Assembly: GCA_010015805.1 (NCBI GenBank)
Contig: ML978121.1
Location: 2,418,001-2,482,000, forward strand
Origin: Rhizodiscina lignyota
Taxonomy: Eukaryota
Reading direction: 5' to 3'
Length of the DNA stretch: 64,000 nucleotides
This document shows, piece after piece, positions 12,632-26,757 of the stretch (position 1 is the stretch's first letter; the number at the start of each line of letters is the position of its first letter). Both the position numbers and the translations under genes were made by a program. The notes beneath the pieces are model-generated. The model saw only the letters and a list, made by a program, of their open reading frames with translations, did no database searches and was not told where the DNA came from.

Positions 12632-15256
12632 ACCAAAGGCCTTGGGGAATGACTTTGGCGAGAATGCCAGCCACATTGATTTTCAACAAACAGCAAGGAA
12701 TTGATATGCCTTTCGCCTCGGTTAAATGCATGATTATAGAACACGTTGAGCAGGCAAAAGGATTCAACTGCTAGGCCTTATGTAGGTAGTTAAAGCGAAA
12801 TCTTCTACATTTCTAGAGACAGTCATCGAGCGTGCCTTCTTAATGGGAAACTCCGAAGGGCGCCAAGACTCCATGGAATCAATGTTTGCTCCGTACGCAC
12901 CACATTTAAAGAGTCCGCTCTGGAAAAAGGATAGGAGGGGTCATTTCTTTTGATTTCGACTCTCATAAATCAATCAGAGCGTGGTCTCGCAGTTTTGAAT
13001 ATTCACAACTCAGCAAATTGGAGTGCAACCGCTAACTCAGTGGACGCACTCAGGAAATTTCTTACTTAAGTACTTACTGACGGTCCTGAACATTGTCCCA
13101 TCGGAGGCCAATGCGATCACCGTAATCGTTCACCGCTTACACGCAAACGAGGGAAGGTACTGGGCGAGTCAAGGTTCAACACTGAACCCCTATTCGAGCA
13201 GCACGGATTTGGGCAGCAATTATCCTTGCAGACGAATCGACGATCCTTTCAAAAGTCAAAATCGCGAAATGAGCTTCTTCACGCTGGGTTGTCAAGCGAT
13301 CTCACCATACATAGATGCACGACGGGAGAGGCTGAAAGATCGTCACAGAGCCGCAGTTCCTGACGCACCTTGGCTCGTTTGAGCGGTTTCTGATTCCTCC
13401 CGGTGCCAGGTCCACCGTCCATCTCGGGAGGAACAGGAACGAGCCGCGCTACAAACGATCTAGGCGATGCGAAAGATGCCAGAATGGTCCGGTGGAGTCT
13501 TCGGGAAATCCCCGTGGTGGTGGCTTTCCAAGACAGATACGGGAGCTGGCCAATGAGATGCATTTCTGGTTGTGGTTGGTTAATGTGCATAAGGCTGAGA
13601 GGAGCTCGACAGGCCGGCCCTGGAAAATCGAATCCCACGATCTCTGCGATCTGATGAACGACAATGAGAAGACTTTGGACACGGCGGTGAAAAGAATGAA
13701 AGGCGCTCAAATTCAGCTGGCGATTGCATTCGCATTCCCGCGCCTTCAGATCGAGGCCTCGGTTCTCCTATTCGCATCGCATCGCATCGAAGTTCAAAAT
13801 TGTCAATACGTCGGGTCTCCGCCTCCCTCCTAAAGGTACCGGAGTCCGTGCCGAGCCACAGATCGCATCGAAATTCATGCTGTGCAAATGTCCTGCAAAT
13901 CTTCGTACGAGTAGAAAGAGCAGAAGTTTGCCTACAACGGAGGATGCTTCTGCGACAAGGCATGAAGCGCAGCTCTCTGCGGAGGGAAAGTCATCGCGTT
14001 TGATGCAGAAGAAGAGACGAGGCCTCGGGAGTCCCTGAAATCAAGCGATGGGAAAATGTTCCTGCGGGAAGGGTGCAGGGTGGCGCATCGCTGGCTGCTA
14101 AATATGGCTGGGGTCCGGTCATAGTGCATCGGCCGGCGAAGCTGTCAGATCTGAAAAGAAGGAAGTCCGATACCTGAATTCGAAATACTTCACTGCGCAC
14201 GTCGAGAGGAAGAGGTCAGCGATTAAAAAGGGCGAGAGAGATTTCCTTCTGCCCGGCTAGCAATCGGTATCGCAGCGGCGGGCGAATGCTCGTTGAAATC
14301 GTTTGGGAAGACTGACGTCCCCAACGGCAGGCATCGGCAGGGGTTCGTCGATGCTCCACATCTCAATCGTTCAGCATGGAGAGCATTGAGCTCCTCAACC
14401 TTTGCTTTATCTCCACTGCACCACGCACCTGCAGCTCTGCAGCAGCTCTAACGGCTCGTATACTCCCTACATCTCCCGGAGACAAGCTAGCGGTCCCAGC
14501 GCGTGCGCTCGATTGCTGAGCGAAAATTTATGTGGCATCGACGTAGTGGCGCTGGACTACGGGGTTCCGCAGCGGAGCGCCAAAGCAATGAGATTTACCG
14601 ATCTAAGCCTGTCCGGGCGGTATGCTACAGCTGGGAGTGTCCCTGCGTCGGCAATGTTGAACGGACTATGGGGATGCACAGCGAGCAGACACGGAGGGCT
14701 GAGGCAGCACAGCGCAATACCCATGGCTAATTAAATCAGATAGCGAAACTAGCAAGCCAGAGATAGCTACATGACCGGCCTTCCACAGCCATTTTGCCTG
14801 CTGTTGAAGAATGGACCGTGAAGCTGCATATATACCACATACGCCATCCCCATCGCCATCACTTTTCCTCCTCCCTCTTGCCTCCCTCCCCAAACGTAAT
14901 TCCTCGCCTTAACACGCTCCTTCTCCCTTCCGGACACTCCGTTACTACTTGCATTAATAGATTAATGAGCAATTGAACTCCTCGCATCCGCACGCTTTTT
15001 GGGCAAAAGTTGCGTTGCCTGCCCATCAATACCGGATCGGAGCTAAATCGATCTGTACGAAATTTCGCGGCTCCCTTAATTTTCCCCCGGCGAGCGCGAC
15101 ACAATTACACCTGTCCTTATAGGAGCATCCTCCACCGCTCCTTCCTGTGAAACACCCGGACTCGACTCTCTTCCACACCTCCGCCGAGCCTTCGAATTCT
15201 CGAGTCCGCTTTCTCCATCACTGTCTTACACTGACCACTTCCCATTAACCGCCCCA

Positions 15257-18200
15257 ATGGGCAATCCGGTCAAGGAGAACGGTGCCAACGGTGCCAACGG
15301 CACCCCAAGCTCAAATGCCGCCAAATTCAACCTCGCGCCGCATTTCATCGGTGGCAACCACCTGGGTGCGGCGCCATCAAGCAAGGTTAAGGACTTCGTC
15401 GCGGCTCACGGAGGTCACACCGTGATCACGAATGTGAGTAGGCCGAAACTCGCACTACTAGAGTCATCTCGAAGCAATTTGAGAAGGCTCATGGTGTTTC
15501 GTCTAAAGTTTGTTGGGCACCAGCTGACGATGGTGCTGTGCAGGTCCTCATTGCAAACAACGGTATTGCAGCGGTCAAGGAAATCCGCAGCGTCAGAAAA
15601 TGGGCGTACGAGACCTTTGGCGACGAGCGCGCGATACAGTTCACCGTCATGGCGACGCCAGAAGATCTGGGTGCCAATGCGGATTACATTCGTATGGCGG
15701 ATCAGTACGTTGAGGTACGTCACACGACCACTGGCCAGAATTGAGACGAGGAGCACAGCATGGCTGACAGTAGAATTGCAGGTTCCGGGAGGAACAAATA
15801 ACAACAACTACGCCAACGTAGAACTGATCGTAGATGTTGCGGAGCGAATGGGTGTCCACGCAGTGTGGGCAGGATGGTAGGCAACCGCTATACAGAGGAG
15901 AATGGTAGAATCTAGAGACTGACAACCACAACAGGGGTCACGCCTCAGAAAACCCAAAACTCCCTGAATCCCTCGCCGCATCGCCTCACAAGATCGTTTT
16001 CATCGGCCCTCCGGGCTCTGCCATGCGCTCGCTCGGTGACAAAATCTCCTCCACAATCGTTGCCCAGCATGCTGGTGTACCCTGCATACCATGGTCAGGA
16101 ACGGGCGTCGACCAGGTTCAGGTTGATGAGCATAATATTGTCACAGTCGAGGACCACATATATGACAAGGGTTGCACACACTCGGCGGAGGAGGGTCTTC
16201 AGATGGCCAAGAAGATTGGCTTCCCCGTCATGGTGAAAGCCTCTGAAGGTGGAGGTGGTAAGGGCATCAGAAAAGTTGAGAATGAGGAAGAGTTCGAGAC
16301 CCTCTACCGTGCGGCCGCGAGCGAAATCCCTGGCTCACCGATTTTCATCATGAAGTTGGCAGGAAACGCGCGACACTTGGAGGTCCAACTGCTGGCCGAT
16401 CAGTACGGCAACAACATTTCATTGTTCGGCCGTGACTGTTCCGTCCAACGCCGTCACCAGAAGATTATCGAAGAAGCTCCAGTCACAGTCGCGAATCCTA
16501 AGACTTTCACCGCAATGGAGAAGGCAGCTGTCTCTCTCGGCAGACTCGTTGGCTACGTTTCAGCTGGTACCGTGGAGTACCTGTACTCGCACGCAGAGGA
16601 CAAGTTCTACTTCCTCGAGCTGAACCCTCGTCTTCAGGTCGAGCATCCTACCACTGAGATGGTAAGCGGTGTAAACTTGCCCGCTGCCCAACTCCAGATT
16701 GCCATGGGTCTCCCTCTCCACCGCGTCAGCGACATCCGTCTTCTCTACGGTGTTGACCCCCACACCGACACTGTTATCGACTTCGATTTCTCCAAAGAGG
16801 GTAGCGAGCTGACCCAACGCCGCCCGGCACCAAAAGGCCACACAACCGCTTGTCGTATCACCTCTGAAGATCCTGGTGAAGGCTTCAAACCCTCCAGCGG
16901 TACTATGCACGAGCTGAACTTCCGATCAAGCTCCAATGTCTGGGGTTACTTCTCTGTGAGCTCTGCATCATCCATCCACAATTTCTCCGATTCTCAGTTC
17001 GGTCACATTTTTGCCTATGGCGAGAACCGTGCAGCGTCAAGAAAGCACATGGTTGTTGCTTTGAAGGAACTCAGCATTCGTGGTGACTTCAGGACGACCG
17101 TTGAGTATCTTATTAAGCTGCTCGAGACACCTGCTTTCGAGGACAACACCATTACAACTGGCTGGTTGGATGAGCTTATCTCTAAGAAGCTCACTGCCGA
17201 GCGTCCGGATCCTATGGTCGCAGTTATCTGTGGTGCTGTTACCAAGGCGCACATTGCGGCTGAGCAGTGCATGACCGAGTACAAGACCGGCTTGGAGAAA
17301 GGCCAGGTCCCACCGAAGGAGGTGCTCAAAACTGTCTTCCCCATCGACTTCATCTATGAGGGCAGCAGATACAAGTTCACTGCAACAAGGTCAAGCAGCG
17401 ACTCCTACACGCTCTTCATCAACGGCAGCAGGGCGGGAGTGGGTGTTCGTGCTTTGGCTGACGGTGGCCTTTTGGTCCTGCTCAGCGGCAAGTCTCACAA
17501 TGTGTACTGGAAAGAGGAAGTCGGTGCTATCCGTCTCTCTGTCGACAGCAAGACGTGCTTGCTCGAGCAGGAGAACGATCCGACCCAGCTGCGCACTCCC
17601 TCTCCCGGAAAGCTGGTGAAGTTCACTGTGGAAAACGGCGAGCACGTTAGCAAGGGCCAGGCTTTCGCTGAGGTGGAGGTCATGAAGATGTACATGCCTC
17701 TCATCGCTCAGGAGGACGGTATCGTCAACCTGATTAAGCAGCCGGGTGCCACACTCGAAGCTGGTGACATTCTCGGTATCTTGGCTCTCGATGATCCGTC
17801 GAAAGTCAAGTCTGCGCAGCCTTTCCTCGGCCAGCTCCCAGACCTGGGCCCCCCAACTGTCATGGGTAACAAGCCACCTCAGCGCTTCGCCTACCTCTAC
17901 GGCATCCTCCAGAACATCCTCCAGGGCTTCGACAACCAAGTCATCATGCAGTCCACGCTCAAAGAGCTCATCGATGTCCTTCGTGATCCTGAACTTCCTT
18001 ATGGCGAGTGGAATGCGCAGGCTTCTGCTCTCCATGCCCGCATGCCACAAAAGCTCGACACACAGCTTGGTCAGATCGTTGATCGTGCGCACCAAAGGGG
18101 CATTGAGTTCCCTGCCAGGCAGCTTGGCAAGGCTTTCACTCGTTTCATGGACGAGAATGTTGAGCTTAGTGACCAAGCACTGCTTAAGTCTGGGCTGGCA

Positions 18201-21200
18201 CCGCTCCAGGAGGTCATGGACCGCTATGCCGAAGGCCTGAAGGTCCACGAATATGATGTCATGATCTCTCTTATGAAGCAGTTCTACGATGTCGAGGCTC
18301 AGTTCTCCTCTCGCACTCAACGTGATGAGGAGGTCATCCTTAGGCTTAGGGATGAAAACAAGGAAAAGATCATGAACGTTGTTACTACCGTTCTCAGCCA
18401 CACGCGCGTTACGGCGAAGAGCAATTTGATTGTATCAATCCTTGACAGCTATCGCCCCAATAGGCCGGGCGTCGGCAATGTTGCGAAGTACTTCAAGGCC
18501 GCATTGAAGAATCTCACCGACCTTGAGTCCCGCAGCACTGCCAAGGTTGCGCTTAAGGCTCGTGAGGTGCTCATCCAGTGCGCCATGCCGTCGCTCGAGG
18601 AGCGCATGAGTCAGATGGAGCACATTCTTCGCACATCCGTTGTTGAGTCTCGCTATGGCGAGTCTGGCTGGGACCACCGTGAGCCCAATTACGAGATCAT
18701 CCAGGAGGTTGTCGACAGCAAATATACCGTCTTCGACGTGCTACCATATTTCTTTGGCCACCAGGATCCATGGGTCAGCCTTGCTGCGCTCGAAATCTAT
18801 ACCCGCAGAGCGTACAAGGCATATCAGCTAAAGCAGATTGACTATCATGTCGACTCGGACTATCCCTTCGTGCTCAGCTGGGACTTCGCTCTCCGCAAGA
18901 TTGGTGAGAGCGAATTTGGTCTTCCAGTTGAGAGCAGCCATCCATCTACTCCAGGCACTCCAGGTGTCTTCTCTGATGGCATGTCGAAGAGAATCCATTC
19001 CATCTCTGACATGTCATATCTCAATGCTCGCACTGAGGGAGAACCAACCCGTAAGGGCGCTGTCGTGCCCATCCGTTTCTTGGAGGAGGCGGAGGAGTAC
19101 CTCAGCCGTGCCTTGGAGGTCTTCCCCAGTGCTTCTACTAAGAGCAAGAAGACTGACACTGGCTTGATGGCCGACTTGTCCCGTCGCCGTGGCCCTACGA
19201 CGCCAAAGGCTGAGACTGACGATGAGCTCGCTGCAGTCTGCAACATTGCAGTCCAGGATGCTGAGAGCTTAGATGATAACGTTATCCTCAGCCGCATTGT
19301 ACCAATCGTTAAGGACTTCAAGGAGGAGCTCTACAACCGCCGTGTGCGCCGTCTCACTTTCATCTGCGGTCACAAGGACGGTAGCTACCCTGGCTACTTC
19401 ACCTTCCGTGGGCCCAACTATGATGAGGATGTATCGATCCGTCACATCGAGCCTGCCTTGGCTTTCCAGCTTGAACTTGGACGTCTGAGCAAGTTCAACA
19501 TCAAGCCTGTCTTCACGGAGAACCGCAACATCCACATCTACGAGGCAGTTGGCAAGGGCGCTGAGAATGACAAGCGCTACTTCACCCGTGCAGTGGTCAG
19601 GCCAGGCAGGCTAAGGGAGGAGATTCCGACGGCTGAGTACATGATCTCTGAGGCCGACAGGCTGATGAACGACATTCTGGATGCTCTTGAGATCATTGGC
19701 AACAACAACTCCGACATGAACCACATCTTCATCAACTTCAACACCGTCTTCCCTCTCCAGCCTAAGGAAATCGAGGAGGCCCTCGCAGGCTTCATTGAGC
19801 GCTTCGGCCGTCGCCTGTGGCGCCTACGTGTCACTGGTGCTGAAGTCCGCATCATCTGCACCGACCCTACCACTGGCGCAGCCTACCCACTCCGCGCTAT
19901 CATCACCAACACCTCTGGCTTCATTGTGAAGGTTGAGTTGTATGCTGAGCGCAAGTCTGACAAACCATCGGGCGAGTGGATCTTCCATTCCATTGGTGGC
20001 ACTCAGAAGATTGGTTCTATGCACCTGCAGCCAGTCGGCGCCCCATACAGCACCAAGGGGGCACTTCAGCCGAAGCGGTACAAGGCCCACATTATGGGCA
20101 CGCAATACTGCTACGACTTCCCCGAGCTGTTCCGCCAAGCTATCGAGAATACCTGGGAGCAGGCTGTCTCGAAGCACAGCTTCTTGAGCGAGAAGCAGCC
20201 TATCAAGGGCGAGTGCATTGAGTACAATGAGCTTGTCCTTGACGATCAGGACAACTTGGCTGAAGTCGACCGCGAGCCTGGTTTCAATACCATTGGTATG
20301 GTCGGTTGGATCGTGACGGCCAAGACGCCCGAGTACCCGCGCGGAAGGAGATTCATCATCATCGCCAACGACATCACCTTCAAGATCGGCTCGTTCGGCC
20401 CACTGGAAGACAAGTTCTTCTACAAGTGCAGCGAGCTCGCGCGCAAGCTTGGTATTCCACGCATCTACCTCTCTGCCAACTCTGGTGCTCGCATTGGCAT
20501 GGCTGAGGAACTCATTCCCCACTTCAGCGTTGCCTGGAACGACCCCACTAACCCGGAGAAGGGCTTCAAGTACCTCTACCTCACTCCCGAGAAGAAGAAG
20601 AAGTTCGAGGACGGTAAGAACCGTGATGTTATCACCGAGCCAGTCAAGGACGATGGCGAGCTCAGGCACAAGATCGTCACTATCATTGGTGCTGAGGATG
20701 GCCTGGGTGTCGAGTGTCTGAAGGGATCTGGTCTCATCGCTGGTGAGACTAGCAGGGCGTACGAAGACATTTTCACCATCACTCTCGTTACCTGCCGCTC
20801 TGTCGGTATCGGCGCTTACCTCGTCCGTCTCGGCCAGCGTGCCATCCAGATCGAGGGTCAGCCCATCATCCTCACCGGTGCGCCTGCCATCAACAAGTTG
20901 CTGGGCCGTGAAGTCTACACGAGCAACTTGCAGCTCGGTGGCACTCAGATCATGTACAAGAACGGTGTCTCGCACATGACTGCGGATGACGACTTCGCTG
21001 GTGTCACCAAGATCGTCAACTGGATGAGCTTCGTGCCCGACAAGAAGGGCAACCCGGTCCCAATCTCCCCAAGCGTCGACTCTTGGGACAGAGACGTCAC
21101 TTTCTTCCCGCCCCAGAAGCAGCCGTACGATGTCAGGCACTTGATTGCCGGCAAGGAGGACGACGAGGGCTTCCAGTCCGGTCTCTTTGATCGTGGCTCC

Positions 21201-22395
21201 TTTGAGGAGGCGCTTGGTGGCTGGGCGCGTACTGTTGTTGTTGGTCGTGCAAGACTTGGCGGTATCCCAGTTGGTGTCATTGGCGTTGAGACACGGAGCG
21301 TCGAGAACGTCACCCCTGCCGACCCGGCAAACCCAGACTCGATCGAGCAGGTTACAAGCGAGGCTGGTGGCGTGTGGTACCCCAATAGCGCGTTCAAGAC
21401 TGCCCAGGCAATCAAGGACTTCAACAATGGTGAACAGCTGCCCCTCATGATTCTGGCCAATTGGAGAGGTTTCAGCGGTGGCCAAAGGGATATGTACAAC
21501 GAAGTGCTTAAGTACGGTTCGTACATCGTCGATGCGCTCGTCAAGTATGAGCAGCCGATCTTTGTGTACATTCCACCGTTCGGTGAGCTCAGAGGTGGTT
21601 CTTGGGTGAGTTTTCATACCATATCTAAAATAAGAAAGAAGTGGCGGCTAACAATCATCCCAGGTCGTTGTCGATCCCACCATCAACCCACAATGCATGG
21701 AAATGTACGCCGACGAAGACGCCCGCGGCGGTGTATTGGAGCCGGAAGGTATCGTCGGTATCAAGTTCCGCAAGGACAAGCAGCTAGAGACGATGGCTCG
21801 CCTGGACGAACAGTACGCCGCGCTGAAGGCCAAGCTCGCCGATGCTTCCCTTTCTCGCGAGCAGCAGGCCGATATCAAGGCCAAGATGACCGAGCGCGAA
21901 CAACTTCTCCTTCCCGTCTACACCCAAGTTTCCATTCAGTTCGCAGATCTCCACGACCGTGCCGGCCGCATGCAGGCCAAGGGCGTGATCCGCGCGCCGC
22001 TCCGCTGGCGTGAGGCTAGGCGCTTCTTCTACTGGCGTCTGCGCCGCCGTCTCAATGAGGAGTACATCCTCCGTCGCATGGCGTCTGCCGAGAGCAAGGA
22101 GCTCGCCCCGTCGAGCCCGATCGCCGCGCGTGAGAAGAGACTGCTTGCGCTCAAGGCGTGGAGCGGTATTGAGTCCTTCGACAAAGAGGACATGAAGGTT
22201 GCGCTGTGGTATGAGGAGAACCGCAAGGATGTGCATACTCGCGTTGAGGCGGTGCGCAAGGAGGGCGTCGCCGCTGATATTGCGGGCTTGCTGAGGAAGG
22301 ATAAGGACGCCGGCTTGAGGGGTATCAAGATGGTGCTTGAAATGCTACCGGTTGGCGAGAGGGAGGAGGCGCTTAAGATGCTGAACAAGGCGTAG
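15257..22395 (+). CDS. ACC1: Acetyl-CoA carboxylase (BC-BCCP-CT), 5 exons
   Basis: [22 protein letters not shown] and [11 protein letters not shown]; biotin site EVMKM; central RIHSISDMS (Snf1/AMPK-site-like); CT motifs [10 protein letters not shown] and ELRGGSW. Introns 15434-15543, 15715-15781, 15877-15934 and 21606-21663. Confidence 0.98.
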
Positions 22396-22776
22396 ACGGG
22401 TTTAGGGGCGTAGAATGTAATGCTACGGGTGGAGTGCAAAGGGACTTTTAAAGGGTTGTGCATAATACTCCCACTTTTTTGGATCCAAAGGCGTTTGGGT
22501 CAGAAGCGCTGTGCGTCACTTCTGTCACTTTGGTTTATTTTTATGGCTTATGGGTCTTCAAAGGAACTTTGTCAATTCAGACATAAATAAATAGACAGAT
22601 AGGCTTTTTAATAAGCATTCTTTTCCTTGTAGTTCATACATTGCCAGTCTATACCCCGTCCCAATTTTTAGCGAAAGAGATTGTAATACATGCTCCTGTA
22701 AGATACTTCAAAGGTCCTTTCATCCAATTGTTATTCCCCTGATAGAGTACTCCGTGGGACTCGTTGACAACGCACA

Positions 22777-23439
22777 TCATCTTCCTTCAACCACGATGAT
22801 GTCGCTCAACAGTACTTGAACAGTTTGAGGGCCGGCTTCAGACGTCGAAGTGAGCGCACTGTTCATGCAGTGCAAAGTGACTCGCAGCATGTATACGCCC
22901 GGCGCAGCAATCGACATCCCTGGGAAAGAAATGTATCCAAGTGGGCTGAGCGAGGTGGGTCCTGTCGCATGAGGCGTGTCGCTGTCATCCAACTCATGCA
23001 CAGTATCGAACAGCTGGAGCCCAGAAAGTATGCCTCGAGGAGTCTCTTCGACGTAATCCAGCGCATCAACTGTGAGGAGCGATGCAGCGCCGAAGAGTTG
23101 GCCAGCGGCAAGTGTATCTTGCATCATGTCCGCTTCATAAGCAACCGCAGCAGACACGTGCAGCATGGCGTCGAACGCCTCTCCGACCGCAAGGCGAGAC
23201 GGAATAGTCGTATAACTTCGCAGCTGGAAGCTTGGCTCCGTGTCATCCGGGACTACATCATGAACAGAGCCGGCCTGTTCCTTCTGCAGTCGCTTCCGTC
23301 GCGTTCGTCGGCCGTCTGGCATTGCTCGCTGGTCTACTCGGGTCTCATAAGAGCTTTTGTCCCTGAAAGTGGTAGCTCCTTGTCGGACTTCTTGAGCCCC
23401 AAGTCTCCTGATCGAAGTGTGCCGACCGACGTCCATCAT
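22777..23439 (-). CDS. Divergent velvet-domain-like protein (start codon uncertain)
   Basis: C-terminal half matches the velvet-fold pattern: LSG...DTVH, GYISFPGMSIAAPGVYMLRVTLHCM and LLSDIIVV. Confidence 0.6.
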   Translation of the reverse strand: MMDVGRHTSIRRLGAQEVRQGATTFRDKSSYETRVDQRAMPDGRRTRRKRLQKEQAGSVHDVVPDDTEPSFQLRSYTTIPSRLAVGEAFDAMLHVSAAVAYEADMMQDTLAAGQLFGAASLLTVDALDYVEETPRGILSGLQLFDTVHELDDSDTPHATGPTSLSPLGYISFPGMSIAAPGVYMLRVTLHCMNSALTSTSEAGPQTVQVLLSDIIVVEGR

Positions 23440-25836
23440 TGCTGGAGAATGTGTCGCGGTCCTTTGTGCTATCTGACGAGATGGTCGAGTGGGTATAGAA
23501 ATGTAGGCTGATTCGTAGCATGCGAAGACAGTGCTGCACTGGAGGAAGTTTTGTGATCGTGTCGTAAGACTACAGCCTCTGGACGATCGAATACTAATCG
23601 ACAAGGCTTTTGGCCGTCAGCTTGCTCGCCAGAGTGTTTGATGAAACAGAGCGAAGACTGTGAATCAGCTGTGCCCAAGCTACTCCTAACTGCTTATAGC
23701 CAAACGCAAAGTATCATTTCCTGCTAACATATTGCAAGCTGCTGCGGATGTTACCCTGCCCCTGGAGCTTGAAGCAGATACAGAGCGCGAGTTCGTGAAG
23801 TGTAAGGAGGGCTGAGAGATAAGAAGGCAATGAAAGCGGGGAACTATGATAGTATAAAACTGAATGCAGCTTACTTCTGTAACTGGGCTAATCGCTCAGA
23901 AGCACGAGCAAATCGAGGTTAGAGTCGCATGTAATGGAAGCCGAATGTAGCCTTGATGTTCTTCTGGTGTTCTGGATAACCTGCGATATGGCCCTGAGAC
24001 TGGATTATTAGAGGGGAGGTCTGAAAGCCTGAGAATGTATGACGCTCTAGAACGGGTTCCTTCTTACCTTGCCTGAATACAAGAGGCCGGATTGATGATA
24101 CTCAGCTCTGGACGTGTGACTTCTCAAGTGGAACAGCACACCATCCTCTTGATTTTCAGCTCGGCTCGGCTTTTCCACTGGGCAGCTGGGATCGGTAGTT
24201 GTCCGCACGAAGACAATAGAAACGGGTAAAGGAATCTTGGGCACTCTCGTCCTTCATATAAGAACTCATCAATGATGGTTACGATGCTTTATGCAGTAAC
24301 ATGCCATTACCGTCTTCCCGTACGGATGGAGGCGCTATCGAGTAATTGCACAAGACATCTTTCTCTGACTACAGCTCTATTGGTCGTGAATGTCGGTCAC
24401 AATGACGCCGCGGAGCGGAAGGCAAGTGGACAATGGAAAGCATGCTTCCTCCAATCGAGTTTAGGAGGCATGAGAAGGAACTCGAGATCCGGGTAAATCT
24501 GACGTGCGCCACATTGGATCTAAAGGCGCCACTGTCTTTGTGGTAGTCCAGCGAAGCAGATCTTGACTCAAGATCTGTGGGTCGGTCTTGGGGCGCTCTT
24601 GAGACTTTAAGCCGCTGCAAGTTCCCAGAACAGCGGTATCCAGGCTACCGAATGGTAGGGTACAGTCGATCTCTGTCAAGGTGGGATCTGTGTGACCTGT
24701 CGTATTTAGATTCGTCAGCGCTACGCCACGGCCATGACCCCGGATAACCTTCTTTTCTAGGCGCATCGATTCACGAATAAGCAAAGGCCGCTCGCTAAAG
24801 CCGAGATGCTGTTGGCAGATCCTGTGTCTCATACCGTTCGATTGGATCCTCATGCAGGCAGCCATGTGCTCCGGTTCCTCGAAATACTGTAGCACCGACT
24901 CCTCCGATACTGCAAGTGAGAGATCGAGTAACCAACCCATGGTGGTCTAAGCGCAGGAATAAGCGCAGTCCTTACGCTTCAAGATCAACCGCGACAGCCA
25001 GATTCGGAGCGTGCCAGTACTGAGAGACGCTTCGGGCAACGGTAACCCCAATTAGTTCATCAGTGCAACTCCACTTTCTCTTTCTAAGGATCTGAGACAT
25101 GCGACTTACAAGAAGGGTGCATCTTGCACTGGCTTAGCTCCTGCTTGAGCCTTCGATGCTGGACCCGCCCGACCCGATGGTTAGCTGTCATTGAGATGAC
25201 AAAACGAGCAGCGCCGCGGCTGAGCGGCCGTTCGGGGGAGTGGATGAGAGTATATGAGAAGGCAGCTAAGCGTCCGTAATGATATGCAGAGCGCTCAACC
25301 TGTCAATTTCGCGTTGCACAAAATTACTTTGCTGCCAGTCGCATGACACACGTCAGATGTCTCGGAGGACGTGGCAAAAACTCGAAGAGTCCTGAAAATT
25401 GATGATAGGAAAAGAAATCGGAGCTGAGAGAGACGGCGAAGCTATGTTTTGGCCCTTAGTGAGTAACCGTCACCGAGGCTCAACTCCAAGAGTGACAAAT
25501 GCCTACCCTTCGCAGAAACAGGGATGCCGAGTCCATGGCATCATAGAGATTGCACAGTGGCTTTGGGTATCATCTCACACTGGCTCCCTTCTTTGAGTAA
25601 CACTGTTCTGTCGTCTAAAGGGATGGCTCAGTTCTCAGGGGACAGGAGGTATTTCTCGGGCCAACCTCGGAAATTGGACGGCGTCATACATGAATATTTC
25701 ATCTCCTTCTTCATTCCTCGATATTCATCCATCAACCGAATTCTGTCCTAGTTACGCAGCTCTAATGACAGGGAGCCCTTCCTACTACATTCAATTTCGT
25801 TCTTGAAAGATAACGAAACTAGTCAGCCTCAGTCTT

Positions 25837-26757
25837 TCAAGCTAAACCCTCTCGCTTGTCGACAAAGCCTAATGCAGCCGAAAACCCCACTGCAAGCCTC
25901 TCTGCAATGAGCGGTTGAAACTGCAAAAGCATCGTTAGCAAGGCTGGCGCTTTCTGATATGATCGCACTGTGCAGCACCCACGTTTTTTCGAAACTCTTG
26001 CATGCTCTCACTCGTAGCGTGTACATTCTTGAAGTATGCCTCGGACGAGTATCTCTCGAACAGAATGACCGAGACATCATCTTCCGCACTCTCAAGCACT
26101 AGAAAGCTGTAGGTCTCATCCTCGGTCCGGTACACATTGTCCGTGTGTCGAAGGACAACCTTCATAAAATCGTCTCGCTTCCCTGGGTGCGCTTTGAAGG
26201 TCGCAATCCAGATGAACTGCTCGCCCAGGGGCAATTTCGATGGCTCATCGCGCCAGACCCAACCGCCTTTGGCGTTGCACTTTATGATCTCGACCGGATT
26301 GCTATAGAAATCGGACTTTGCCTCTTCTCTATTGGGGTCAGCTGATCTGAGTTATCAGTCCAGGACTTCTGGCACTTACTCTTTCCACTTCTTGTAGGGC
26401 TCAGAGGTGCGATGGACAGCTGTCACGTAGTCCATACTATCATAGCTAATGCATAGGCATGAGCGCGCGATACTCCGATGGGAACCTTTCAATTTAGGCA
26501 AAGCTCACGTTTCAAATATGGTATAGATGCTCTTGTCCCCCTCAAGAGGTAGCATGGAGCAAAGGGAATCGCATTCCTTTTGCTTGAACTCATATTCAGC
26601 CACAGTCTTATGGAGACCCAACACCTGAATAGACATTAGATGGTGACATCGTCTTTACTTATATACAAGCTGCATGACTGACAGTTTTGGTCGCCTCCGG
26701 CTTTGTGAAAATCCGAGCGACAATACATAGTTGCGGAACAGGGTGCTTCGTCGCCAT
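25837..26757 (-). CDS. Tandem ABM/Dabb (antibiotic biosynthesis monooxygenase-like) domain protein, multi-exon
   Basis: Manual splicing gives MATKHPVPQLCIVARIFTKP... as a first ABM-like unit and IATFKAHPGKRDDF...TEDETYSFLVLES...ILFERYSSEAYFKNVHATS as a second. GT-AG introns have ctaat/ctaac branch sites; internal exon limits are approximate. Confidence 0.7.

Noticed and set aside
13023..14200. Cluster of overlapping 65-143 aa ORFs upstream of ACC1
   Set aside because: No motifs, coherent splice model or coding bias; most likely ACC1 upstream regulatory DNA.
19824..21617. 597-aa antisense ORF (also the 336-aa ORF at 17391-18401)
   Set aside because: Shadow frames of ACC1: its strong codon bias removes antisense stops, and the translations show no recognisable domain.
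24047..24940. Short minus-strand ORFs (159, 83 and 65 aa)
   Set aside because: No recognisable family and no consistent exon chain.
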